Made by a program: the position numbers and the translations under genes. Shown here piece by piece: positions 25,350 through 37,742 of a DNA stretch of 64,000 nt. Below the pieces are notes generated by a model that saw only the letters and a program-made list of their open reading frames with translations, did not search any database and was not told where the DNA came from. Source of the DNA: Eledone cirrhosa (taxonomy: Eukaryota); assembly GCA_964016885.1 (NCBI GenBank), contig OZ024742.1:266538001-266602000 (forward strand). The letters run 5' to 3'. Positions within the stretch are counted from its first letter, which is position 1. Each line of letters starts with the position of its first letter.

Positions 25350-25686
25350 CGTACGTACGTATGAATGTATGTATGTATGTATGCATGTATGTATGTATGT
25401 ATGTATGTATGTATGTATGTATGTATGTATGTATGTATGTATGTACGTACGAATGTATGTATGTATGTATGTATGTATGTATGTATGTATGTATGTACGT
25501 ACGTACGTATGAATGTATGTATGTATGCATGTATGTATGTATGTATGTATGTATGTATGTATGCATGCATGTATGTATGCATGTATGTATGTATGTATAT
25601 ATTTATGTACGTACGTAGTATGTATGTATGTATGTATGTATGTATGTATGTATGTATGTATGTATGTATGTATGTATGTATGTATG
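25248..25686. repeat. (TATG)n tetranucleotide array
   Basis: Direct reading, with TACG and CATG variants. Confidence 0.97.
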
Positions 25687-26134
25687 CCTGAATCTAGTGA
25701 GTGAGGTCATATGTTGGTTTCTGGGCTATATTTGATGAATTCGTAGAAATCTTTCGTTCAAGTTGAGGCAACTGAAGGTCTTAATTACGTATATGTCTGC
25801 CATATCTTGATACCGTGTGAACTGAGTTCCTCGTTGATAGGTCTCTGGCATGAATGCCACTTTGTGGGGTCGGCTGTTATTGCATTTGATTGTGTTTGTG
25901 TATAACTTAGGATTGCAGTAGATTTGTTTATATTCATGACGACAGTAGTTACATATATATTCCAACATCTACTTTTCTAAAAAACGTATATTATACACAA
26001 AACGCCAGTACCAACAGTTTTCCAAGAGATGGCAACATGGATGGACCTGTTATTTTTCTCTAAAACTTTTTTTCCCGATTCCGCCCTGCCCGTCACTTCA
26101 ATATTTTTATCTCTTCTTTAATTTCTAATTCTTG

Positions 26135-26168
26135 CTTCTGATAAAGGACTAGCGTCCGAAACGTTAAG
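26135..26168 (+). ncRNA. Degenerate minimal hammerhead (solo pLTR remnant)
   Basis: ctt-CTGATAA-a-GGAC tagc GTCC-GAAA-cg-TT-aag. Core G8 is replaced by A. Confidence 0.5.
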
Positions 26169-26289
26169 GCCCCCTTCCTGCTATTTCAAGCATTAATCTA
26201 ATAATGTATTTTTCTTCATAGTACTGTGTCGTTTGTTTTATTATTTTTGTTATACCTGTTTATCTTTTACACACACACATATATATATG

Positions 26290-26321
<32 letters not shown>

Positions 26322-26347
26322 TGTATGTATGTATGTATGTATGTATG

Positions 26348-26408
<61 letters not shown>

Positions 26409-26909
26409 TGTTATACTTGGAGAGGGTCATATTGTTGTAATAATATTGCCAGAAATAATAACAAAACACACTCACTCTTTGGTTTGTTTTCGCTTCTGTA
26501 TCTTTTATATCTCCATAGTTAATTCATATATAAAGCAGGGATAAAGACTCGTATAAATACCCTGTAATTAGTGAGCTCAAAGTATAAACACTGGGCTCTT
26601 TATAATATAATATATAGAAATAAAAACAGAAAGAAGTGTGTTTAGAATTACAAGGGCTGAAAAACCACTTTGGTACGATGTATATAATCTATGAACAAAC
26701 GGAAAATACATAATAACCGGAAAAAGTTGAATTAAAATGTACTAACCGTTCCAATAACTATTGAACTCCTGGACAAACTACAGATAGAGTTTGTTTCGCC
26801 GTAAATTTGTGTCTGTAACAGATAATCCTAGGGCTTCTCGACAGGAGTTAGAATTATATGCATAGCACACCTAGAGATAATTTAATTAAATATATATATA
26901 TTTTTATAT

Positions 26910-27330
26910 AGTTTTGTCAATAAAAGCACGCACACTATTTGACTTTTACCTCAGATATATTATTATTAGTTATTGGTTATTGGTTAATGGTTAGTTCATC
27001 ATAGATCTTTCGTCACACATTCTGTGACCTTCTAAATGGCTATTTTTTTTCTACTTCTCTGTTCCTCCCCTTCTTTCTGGTCCTATATTGTTTACTCCAT
27101 CACGTCTATCTTTTTTTGTGAACAAAATATGACCTGAAAAAGAGTAGGCGCACAGAAGAAGAAAAAATAGATATTGAGAAGGCCACAGAATGTGTGACAA
27201 AAGAACGTTGACGAACTAACCAATAACCAATAACCAATACCTGATGATAATAAAGCTGAAATGAAAATCAAATTATGTGTGTGTTTTTATTGGCAAAATT
27301 GGAAACATGACAATCCCTAAATATAACAAT
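26910..27330. mobile_element. Head-to-head pair of diverged pLTRs related to 21764-23152
   Basis: TCGTCACACATTCTGTGACC at ~27010 is mirrored by GGCCACAGAATGTGTGAC at ~27181. (TATTGGT)n and (ACCAATA)n also mirror each other. Confidence 0.75.
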
Positions 27331-27402
27331 ATCTGTTGCAATACACGATTTCACATCAAGAATCTTGCAAGACATATATAAACCTATACAGACGTACGAA
27401 CG

Positions 27403-27488
<86 letters not shown>

Positions 27489-28139
27489 CAAAGAAGTTTA
27501 ATGTAAGAGGCATTGAGAAATTTGAAATTAGAAATGTAAGCGCCACGATGCTGATAAACAAAGTATAATTATAGTTAAAAACTATAAATAATAGTTGAAC
27601 AAAATCGGATAAAGTACCCCTGCCGATATAAAAAAGTAGGCAGAGACACTTGTGGGGAATGGAATCATGCATTTCTGTATTTCTTCTTGAATATAGGGAT
27701 GATGATAGCGTATTTAGAGTAACGTGACCAGCCTCTCATGATTCCAAGATCAGCTGGTAGAGACATCTAAAGAGTTTGGCATATTGAGCAATTGTGATTA
27801 GTTATTTGTTATTTTCGTGGAACATCGGGGATTTATCAACCGACTTTTGCTTGTGACTGAAATACACTCACACACACATACACACACACATACACACACA
27901 CACACCTACACACACACATACACACACTGACACACACACACATACACACCCACTAACCCCCCACACCTACCCCCACAGACACATTTCTATGTGTGTATCT
28001 CTCTTTATATATATATATATATGCACACACATCGCTCCCCCCCTTTCTCTCTCTTTCTCTCTACTCCTCTATAAGTACTCTATAAGTATGTGGAAAAACT
28101 TGTCCGAATGCTAATTTTAAACAACAACAAAAAAAAAAA

Positions 28140-29590
28140 AGACCTAGAGCCTGAATGCTGAATTTCATAGGGAAATATTTTAAAAACTGAAATCTGCTTC
28201 TCTATAAATAAATAAATAAATAAATGAAAGTTTCATCGGAATGGAACAAATATTTAGAGACGAAAAAATTCAGTGCCAAAATGCTGATTCTCAAAGGAAA
28301 AAAATGTTTGCAGCCTAAATTCTGTTTCTGAACAAAAAATATTTTTCTCAAGCAGAATCTTGCTTCTCAACGAAAACAAAAAAGTATTTAGAACCTCAAA
28401 GCTATTTCTCAATGGGGAATTTTGCTAGAGTCTGAATGCTGTTTCTGTACAGAAATATGTCATAGAGCTTGAATGCTACTTCTCAGCGGAAAAAAAAACT
28501 ACTTTAGAGCCGTAATACTGATTCTCAAATTATACGATTTTTAAAGCTTGTATGCTGCTTCTTAAAGGAAATAATCATTAGAACCTGAACGATGTTTTCC
28601 AAAGGAAAATAAACAAACTAAAAAAAACAACAACAAACAAAACAGAGCAAAACAAAACCTGAATAATACTGCTAAAGCAAAAAAATATTTACAGTCTGAA
28701 TTCTGCTTCTAATTAGCTTGAATACTGCTTCGAAACGATAAAAGTGTTGAGACACTGATGGCTGTTTTCCAAGAAAATGATATCTAGAGCCTGGAAGATG
28801 CTTTTCAAAAGAAACATATTTTAGGGATTGAATACTGCTTCTGAACAGGAAACCTTTTAGAGCTAGAACGTCGCTTTACAATGGAACATATTTAGAGAGG
28901 CTGCTTCTGAATACTAAAAAGACACCTCTAGAGTCTGAATTCTGATTCTCTTCGGAACACATTTTAGATTCCCAATGCTGTTTTCGCACCAGAAAACATT
29001 TTTACAGCCGAAATACTACATTGAACTGGAAAAATAATTTAGAGTTGTTCCTGAAAGAAAAACAAATCATTTTTACAGATTGCGTGTTTCTTCGAAACGG
29101 AAAATATTTCTAGAGCCTAAATTCTACTTCCAGAAAGTTTCTTCTCAACAAAAACATTTTTAGAGCCTGAATGATTCTTCTAAACATAAACTTTGTGCTT
29201 GAATAGATAAATATTGCTTCTCAAAGCAAAACATGTTTATGGTTTGAATGCTGAATCTGAAAATAAACATATTTTAGAGCTTAAATTCTGCTCCTCATCG
29301 GAAAAATCTTTCAGATCCTATATGCTACTTTTTATCAGACATGTGTTTTAGAGTCCGAATACATATTGTCACCAGGAAAACAATGTTTCGCGCCCGAAGG
29401 CTAATTCCCAACGGAAACAATTTCAGAGCATTAGCACTAATTCTGAAAGGAAACAGAAATAAATTTTTGGCGATTTGGAAAATAAATTTATTATAGATCT
29501 TGGGTGTTATTTCTCAATAGAAAAAAAAAGGAAAAAAAAAATTAGAGCTAGAAGGCTGCTTCACAACTGAAAAAATTTAGAGCCTTAATT
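28140..29590. repeat. Degenerate ~40-45 bp minisatellite (roughly 30 units)
   Basis: Recurring approximate consensus TTTAGAGCCTGAATGCTGCTTCTCAAAGGAAAAAATATT. Confidence 0.88.
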
Positions 29591-29609
29591 ATGATTCTCA
29601 GAGTAGACA

Positions 29610-30170
29610 TATGGTATGTAAGAATATGCAAATCTGTTTTCGTTACGGGGCCTGTGCGTCCATTTCAAATCGGCCCTCTCCATTGGTGCCAAGTCCGGAT
29701 ACATAAGGAATGAACTAACACGTATACGGAATAAATGCAGCACTACAGGAGATCGAGAGACGCACACCACACACTTCTTCGAAGTGCTTAAGCTAAAAAG
29801 GTTACTCGACATCCACCGTAAACTGCGTTAGAAATAGGAAATAACGCATTCAAAACACGAGCTCCACCAACACCTGCTTCCTAAAGGGCCATCCGAAGAG
29901 AAGGGCTAGACTTACAACTAGCTCACTCGGAGCCCTGACTACGCGAGTCGCTATCTAGGAGATGACCTAGAGAACACATTCAAAAAAGCACTTAGAGAAA
30001 TACCCCCCCCCCCCCCAAAAAAAAAAAAAAAAAAAAAAAAAAACCAACAACCCCCCAAAACAATTAAGGTTGAGACAAAAGAAAGAAACCTCGGCAATCT
30101 CAGAATTAAGGAAGCATTAATCATAGCCAGAATACATCCGCAAATCAATAATAGACTAGAATTAAGCACC
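29610..30170 (+). pseudogene. Internally deleted Penelope-like fragment (thumb plus GIY-YIG end)
   Basis: HFKSALSIGAKSGYIRNELTRIRNKCS and KERNLGNLRIKEALIIARIHPQINNRLEL. Confidence 0.65.
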
Positions 30171-31228
30171 CAATACCTAACATAGAACTAGGCACACAAC
30201 ACATATCTGGACTCTGCACATAGGGTTACACGTGGGCCCGCATACGAGCATATTATTCATCTGGGAGAAATCGTATATATGCATTCATGTCTTTACACGA
30301 TTTTATCCATGCATGTATGCGTATTTGATTGCGTGCTTACGCACATACATGCAAGCACGTGTGTACCAGCGTGTATTAGTATATATGTGTCTATGCAGAT
30401 TTAAAGGGAAATAACTCTGTGCCTCCCTTGACCTGTCCAGACCTTAAAACAAAAAAGGTTTGAAAAAAAAAAAAAACTACTTCTGGCAGCATGGTATAGC
30501 GAGCAGCTATAAGAAATTCTAGAAGAGATTCTAACCTCAAAATATCAGGTCATATAAATAAATTAAGGTAAAAGCACTTCTTGTTTCAACCGACTTGTTT
30601 ATTTGTTTATTTGTCCATTCCGCATCATCATGACTTTCAAACTTCGAATTCGTAATATATTTATTCATTCTGCTGTGTTGTTTGCTTTGTTGTTTCCGTT
30701 TACCTTTTACACACATACACATACAGATATGTGGGTGCGTCTTCATAGATAAGTGATCAGCTAAATAAGCTCTTTGTCGTTGTTGGTAAGGTGCAGCAGT
30801 GGAAAATGCGTTTGCTTCACTTAATACACATCTCAATGAACTGATGTTGATGTCTCTAGCTGAATTCGTCGTTAATTTCCATTGAAGTGTATTTCTGGAA
30901 TGTTTTCCAACAAATGTCTGGTTAAATTATATAGACCAACATATACAATATACAGCTACACATTACTCAAACATACTCATAGGTGCAATCATTCATACAC
31001 ATGTACGAACTGAGATACATGGGTATATACGCGTTTCGGTATAGCCTTATGGTTGGGTATATTTGTGTATACTATATATATATACACACACTCACAAATA
31101 CTTATATATTTCAGTGTGTGTGTTTGTACTCGAATGTTTGTACACGTGCGTGTATGTATACACAGCTGGGTGATTGTATTGGCTATCATAAACACATACA
31201 CACAAAAGCATACCCATACACACTTACG

Positions 31229-31268
<40 letters not shown>

Positions 31269-31293
31269 TTTTGTCTATACCATACTAATTCAA

Positions 31294-31348
31294 ACTGCCT
31301 GAAGAGGTCACAGCCAAAGATGGCTGTCACTGAAATATATATAGCAGT
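31294..31348 (+). ncRNA. Canonical minimal type-I hammerhead ribozyme in a solo pLTR (31270-31398)
   Basis: ACTGC-CTGAAGA-ggt c ACAGCCA aaga TGGCTGT c act-GAAA-t atat a-TA-GCAGT, with a 5-bp stem I and a palindromic loop III. Flanked by (TA)n. Confidence 0.88.
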
Positions 31349-31399
31349 AATAAACGAAGCTAAATTTTAATCATTTGACTTTTATTTAACTTTATTTTA

Positions 31400-32293
31400 T
31401 ATATATATATATAAAGTTTTAGTTCCTGTCTGTTTGTTTGTTTGTTCACGAACTCCTCCTATGGTTTTGGAATTAAATCCACATAACCATATATATTCTG
31501 AAACTACATTGCCCAGGGTTCTTGGATAAGTATATTTCATTTTAATCAAAGGGTTACCTGGGGGGCACAAACTCGCGCGGAAAATATTTTCCCTTCGATT
31601 TATATGAAATTTAAACCATAGGTAAATGACAAAATATGATTCCTATTCACAAAATTTCACCAAACTTCAATAATATCAAGACACCCTAATGGGTGTTAAA
31701 CCCCCTATAGTGAAAGTTTTGGCCAATAAATGGAACAAGATGTGTTGTAACAAGATTGTATGAGAACTTGATTGAAGCAACCATTATATTCGGTGCTTAC
31801 AAACGTCAATCTCTTCTCATTCCGAGGATTCCACTTATACCAAGTGATAGCGAGTTGCTTTTTACATTTAAGAGGCTACAGTTTCCAGTGAGGCCATGCT
31901 TTGTCATGAGCATCAGTAAAGTCAAGGTCAAACTTTCAAAACTATGGGTATATCTGACAAACCCATCTTTCAGTCATGGCATGTTTTATGTGGCTGTTTC
32001 AAGGACTGGAACTTCAAAAAATCTCGACATTTTAGCCAATCAAAGAAAGACAGGAAATGTTGTTTACCCTGAAGTTCTTTATTAGGACAAAGTATGAAAT
32101 ATGTACTTGTGAATAGGAATCATATTTTGTCATTTACCTATGGTTTAAATTTCATATAAATCGAAGGGAAAATATTTTCCGCGCGAGTTTGTGCCCCCCA
32201 GGTAACCCTTTGATTAAAATGAAATATACTTATCCAAGAACCCTGGGCAATGTAGTTTCAGAATATATATGGTTATGTGGATTTAATTCCAAA
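31400..32293 (+). mobile_element. Helitron/Helentron-derived piece: PIF1-like helicase C-terminus between ~187-bp inverted repeats
   Basis: ORF 31756-32085 has IPRIPL...FKRLQFPVRPCFVMSI...FSHGMFYVAVSR. The (TA)nAAG...CTGTCTGTTTG start is DINE-1/HINE-like. Arms are 31466-31652 and 32107-32293. Confidence 0.85.
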
Positions 32294-32472
32294 TATGTAT
32301 TTATTATGTTAAAAAATAAATAATTAAACTTTGAATTTCTAATTCGAAAATAATGCTTTACACAAAAATGAAGTCATCAATTTTTGAATTGATATTTTGA
32401 AAAAAATTATTTACAAGACACAAAATAAGAATAAGATTTAATAATGTAATTTTGATTTGATATATTGCAAAA

Positions 32473-32596
32473 AATAATTGTTTCTACTTTTGGCACAAGG
32501 CTAGCAATTATCCCAGTGTATTACTGGTACATTATTTTATCGACCCCGTAAGGATGAAAGGCAAAGTTAACCTCGGCGAGATTTGAACTCAGAATG
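32473..32596 (-). mobile_element. 5'-truncated young SINE copy
   Basis: Matches the 7143-7260 segment. Confidence 0.85.
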
Positions 32597-32953
32597 GCAG
32601 GTATATTACAAACAATAATGTTTTCCAATTTTTCATGCATTACATTTTACATTGAGTAATATTGAAATGCAGAGTTTTTCTCCATAAATTATATCACTGA
32701 TTTAAAATCAATCATCATTTTCTTACAAAAAATAATGTGTGAAACGCAGCAGGGCACGGGTAATTCGGCTAGTGTATATATGTTTTATCTTTATACTCTT
32801 CCCTTCTTTCTTCTGCACATTTACACATCTTATACACATCTTATACACACCACACATCTCAACGTACACCCACTTACATCTCTCTCTCCACCACCGGATC
32901 TTGTTACCCGGAGATTTACCCATTTGCATTGTCGAGGCTTCCAAACGACTTAA

Positions 32954-33015
<62 letters not shown>

Positions 33016-33019
<4 letters not shown>

Positions 33020-33136
33020 AAAATTTGAAATTTCTTTTTCTTAAAACACTCACAGGACCATAAGTATTACATGTGTAAAGCTTGAAAACAATCGGTTGGA
33101 CGGTTCTCGAGTTTTAGGTAGCTGACAGACAGATTC

Positions 33137-33194
<58 letters not shown>

Positions 33195-33316
33195 AGAATC
33201 TGTCTGTCAGCTACCTAAAACTCGAGAACCGTCCAACCGATTGTTTTCAAGCTTTACACATGTAATACTTATGGTCCTGTGAGTGTGTTAAGAAAAAGAA
33301 ATTTCAAATTTTCAAT
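33016..33316. repeat. Palindrome of a HINE/DINE-like end centred on (TA)n
   Basis: 33016-33141 is the near-perfect reverse complement of 33191-33316. A related sequence lies at ~50085-50330. Confidence 0.9.
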
Positions 33317-34022
33317 GCCCTAGTGCGTTAGGCGATTTAACAATCTCTCTCTATAATTCTTAGTCTTTCTTTTTAGATAGATACATAAATATAACGTTGC
33401 ACCCTTATAATTTTTTTCCGTTCATTGCCAGGGAGCGTCTTCACGAACCAAAGTATCGTCTTTATGTTTTCTTTCGGTTGCAACGTTTTTCGAAATATTT
33501 ACTTCTGCGTTCACAGATTGAATTTTTTTAGTTTCAGAAGATCCCGTTAAGATCCGTATATAAATATACACACATAAATACGTATATAGCGCATGCACAC
33601 ACATACCTACAGGTACACATATGTTCGCCAAATGTACGTCAACCAAAACACAATGTACGCATATACACATGCGTGAAAACACGCATTCACACACAAACAC
33701 AAAATACACATATACACATAACCATATACACATATAGCAGTATATATAATATAATATATACACATATAACAAATACAAGCATATATACGTACGAGAAAGT
33801 ATACGTACCTTCACAAAACATATGAGTAAGATATACTTATGTATACAAATAAGTAATGGTATAAACATAAAATATACTTAGCTACCACATCAAGACGTAA
33901 ATTATCCGCGTATTGTATTATCCGTTAGGGTATTAGCCAACGACTTCTTTTATAACATAAACGCGGTTTTGTCTGTGCGTGTAATTATTCTCCACGATCC
34001 ACATAACGACGTATTATCTTCA

Positions 34023-34060
<38 letters not shown>

Positions 34061-34064
<4 letters not shown>

Positions 34065-35511
34065 AGTATGACCCCGACGGCAGAGCTCAAGCCGTTTCGA
34101 CGGCTATTTCTGGACTAAATAAGAATCTTTAGCCTGGTAAATAAATAGCCAAACTTCTCAAGGGGAATTTCCTGATATGGGAAGATTTTAATTATCAAGA
34201 TGATTGGTTAAAATTTGTTATAAAAACAGATAAATCTATTATGGCATTTAGTAGAAGGTAGGGGTGTCTGAACTTGTCGGTAGAACAAAGAGGGAGTAGG
34301 GAGATCCAGTCAGGCGTTGAAAGTGAAATCTATACAGCAGATTCTAAGGATAGTGTATAAAAGGTCGAAAAATTGTACTGGAGAAAAGGAGAGGTGGAAG
34401 TTTGAAAGAAGAGGTAGGTTGAAAGGGAGTAAAATAAAACTATTTATAAAAATAAATATATAAAGACAATATTGATAGTGAGAAATGAAAAAAACAAAAA
34501 CAGCTGCTAAAAATTAGTAGGTATTGCTAAGCTATAGAACAGTTTAATAGGTAAAGAATGGGAAAAAACGAGATTGTAGTTGGTAGTGAAAAAGGTTTTT
34601 AAAGCCGGCTTTACAGGGGGTCTAACACCGCTGCTATAAATAGTTAGTAAAGCGTGATCAGCCAATGCTATCTTACGATGACAGGTTAATAAGTTGAGAA
34701 CAAAAATACTAAATAAGGAATTTAGAAATTGTAGAAATGGAGTAGTAACAAAAAAGAAACAATTACGGGGTCTAACACATCTGCTATAAAAAGCGTAATA
34801 GGCCAATTCTATTTTAAAATTACGGGGGAGGGGGTACTGAGGCTTCAGAGGACCGATGGGCTGCATCGGGGTAGGCGAAAGGTGAAAGACAGACGAGGAA
34901 GGAGATCGAGGGTGGAAGGAATAGGATGAGATGGGAGGAAGAAGGGAACGTAGAGGAAAAGAAAAAAGGTTACTTCTACCTATGTAAGCAGGGGTTTCCT
35001 CTTACAAAATCGGCAAGTGGGGGGTATCAGCCCTTGTCTACCCACCCGGGTCGTTATGGGGTTTGAGAGCGAGGTACGTCCTACGCAATCTGTGTTTGCA
35101 TGCGGTTACCAATTCGTCTTTCTTGTTTAGGAGTTGGTCCTTAGAAAACAGCATTTGTAATGTTTCCTCCGAGCATAAGTTATACGGACGGCGTCCTCCC
35201 GTGTAAGAGTTAGCTCTGGACAGTAAGCTCCAAGTGAGATTGTAGGTTATATTATTATCTTTGAAGTCCCAGATGTGGCCCGAAAGTGTAGAGGCATGTC
35301 GCCGGACCGGGTTTCGGAAAGTCTGTCGGTGTTGGTAGAGCCGGGTCTTGAAGTCACAAGCGGTTAATCCTATATAAGCTTTGTTGGAAGTGTCCATTCT
35401 CACGTTGCACTGGTAGATCACATTACGTTCTCGGCATTTGTTGTTGAGGGGGCACATGGATCTATTAGGACAGTTACACCTCCTGGTCGGCTCTCCCCTG
35501 CGTGCATACAT
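34061..35511 (-). mobile_element. 5'-truncated Hydra-clade-like PLE (GIY-YIG domain plus 3' UTR)
   Basis: The 157-aa ORF has CNC-x5-CPL, VIYQC...AYIGLT..FKTRLYQH and C-terminal LLNKKDE...CKH. Ends in (TA)n at 34061. Confidence 0.85.
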
Positions 35512-35752
35512 ATAATTAAATAAACGTGGCGTATATATTATATATTCTGGTACATATGCATTTGGTCATGTGTATACACGAGTTTTGCGTCTGTGTGAGT
35601 ATGCGGGTTCGTACGTATGTAGGGTATGTGTATTTGTGTACTTTGTGTTTTGGTTGACGTGAGTCTCCGAACATATGTGTTTTACATGTAGGTAGGTGTG
35701 TGTGCGCGATATATACGTATTTATTTATTTATATACGTTTATTTAATTATAT

Positions 35753-35800
<48 letters not shown>

Positions 35801-37742
35801 TTATATATATTTTTATGTGTATTTGGTGTATACATTCGGATGTGTGCGGGTACTGGCGTTGCGTGGGTTCTGTATGTGCGTGCGGGTTTTTTTTTGTGTA
35901 CGTGCTTGTATTTGTATACCGTGCATGTATTTGTATACCTACGTGCTTGTATTTGTATGTTTTCGCGTATGCTTGTGTATGTACGTATATGGATGCGTGT
36001 ATGTATTTATTTAATTTCAATTACCTCTGTATATATATATATATATAGTATTAGTTATACTATTTATGGTTATGTAAACACAAAACCTTAAGCAGTTGTA
36101 AGTATTTTACACACACCCTAAATAGTGGTAGGCAGTAATGTATTACTACCTTATTACCAGTAAGTTAAGTAGCTCAATGTAAAAACATCAGATGATTTAC
36201 AGAGCAGTTATATGAAATATAAGAATCAAAGAACTGTTCAAAACATTATTGTACTTACAGCTGTTTCCTCCAAACCGAGGTTTGGATTCTTCGGAGCAAT
36301 TTATTAATGCATGGACAGTTATATGACCTCCTCTTCAGCCGAGAGACATACCAAATACATATTCAAACATTGATACATATTCAAACATTGTGGGTCAACA
36401 TTCATTACAGAATTTAGAGTGGCAGTACACACTTCGAGATTACATTTATATTAATAGGTACAATCAAAAATCAAAGATATAGGTTAAAGTACAACATGAA
36501 GATAAGTGGTTATATAGTGCAAATGTTATATGTGTGGCACGCATGTGCGTCTTGTTTATATAGTGTGGCAGAGAGATATGTGTGGTAGAGGCACTTAGGT
36601 AGGTAAATAAGAGTGTTAGGTTGGTAGGTCTGGTGGCAAAGTCTTTATATGATTGATATAGTCTGTGTGTGGAGAAATATTATAAGCATTAAAGATAGTG
36701 CAAGCATTAAAAGTGTTATAGGTATTGGAGATGCACAGCGCAGGGATGTCAAGTAATTCATGTACTTCGGCATTTTCATGGTCAAGGGAGTGTATATTTC
36801 GATTATATGCCTTTCACATAATCCACGACAATCCAGTTAGAGATCGTAGTCTGGTGTTCTTTAGTTCGATACAGGAGGTTGTTACGTTTCGAGAAACGCC
36901 ATTGAATACCGGAAGTGTGTGTGTGGCTAAGGGGAGTTAATGCATGCGGGGAGGTAACTCTGGGGTTTCTATATCTAGCCATTAAAATGTGTCCCAATAT
37001 AGACCCTAAATTCTATGGTGAGGTGCACCTTCCAAGAGAGACTTTTAAAGCATAAAGTGTACTAACTATAGAGTAGTTTAACTAAATTATGCTGAAGGTG
37101 ATCATATTATTATTAAGTTGGATTAACCCATCTTAAGGTGCTACAAATGGAAATTATAGATGATGAGCGAGGATTCTAAATTAATGATCTCTGTGGTTGT
37201 AGTCTGCTCATATGACCAGGCGCGGTGATTGCAGGATTGCTTCAGGACCCAATGATCTCTGGTAAGATCTGGGTCATCGCTTGCTACATTGGATGTCGAA
37301 AGATAATCGTCCCCAGGCAGGCCAAATGTCAATCCGCAGTCCTCGCGACCCCTCTCTGACCGTCAGATCATCCATATACGTACAACCCGCACGGCAAGTT
37401 GCATTGCATTCACTCACTGCGCTCAGCAGCCCGGTCCTACTGGTCAACAGCGCTACTCGATTAAATCATTTTACATCTGTCTAAGGAAGGTGTTTCCTCT
37501 GCCCAACACCATCCAACCGATCAATTCATGCTCAAATTACCCTTAGAGCGGTGTAGTGCCATCAAGTGGGTGGATGTTGTCACACCTGCCGTAGAGGTAT
37601 AAATGGGTATTTTCCCTGCGAAGGGTTCCAGAGGGATGTCGTTGTTTGTGTTATAATGGATCAGCTAGTGTTGGGTATGTAGTATAGGGTGTGTTTCTGG
37701 TGTTTGATGCTAGATGTGGTGTTAGGTTCCAGTCCGACATTG

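Noticed and set aside
24873-25704. ORFs with poly-His/Trp/Gly and YVCM/HTYI repeats (also similar ORFs throughout the window)
   Set aside because: They are translations of microsatellites with no coding evidence.
28140-29590. CRISPR-like appearance of regularly spaced repeats
   Set aside because: The repeats are highly degenerate, the linkers are short homologous A/T tracts rather than unique spacers, there are no cas genes, and the context is eukaryotic.
37170-37460. Resemblance to U3 snoRNA boxes, 7SL, or group I intron P/Q elements
   Set aside because: Only short scattered matches, in the wrong order or lacking the R/S, box D or helix-8 motifs. Kept only as an unclassified structured domain.
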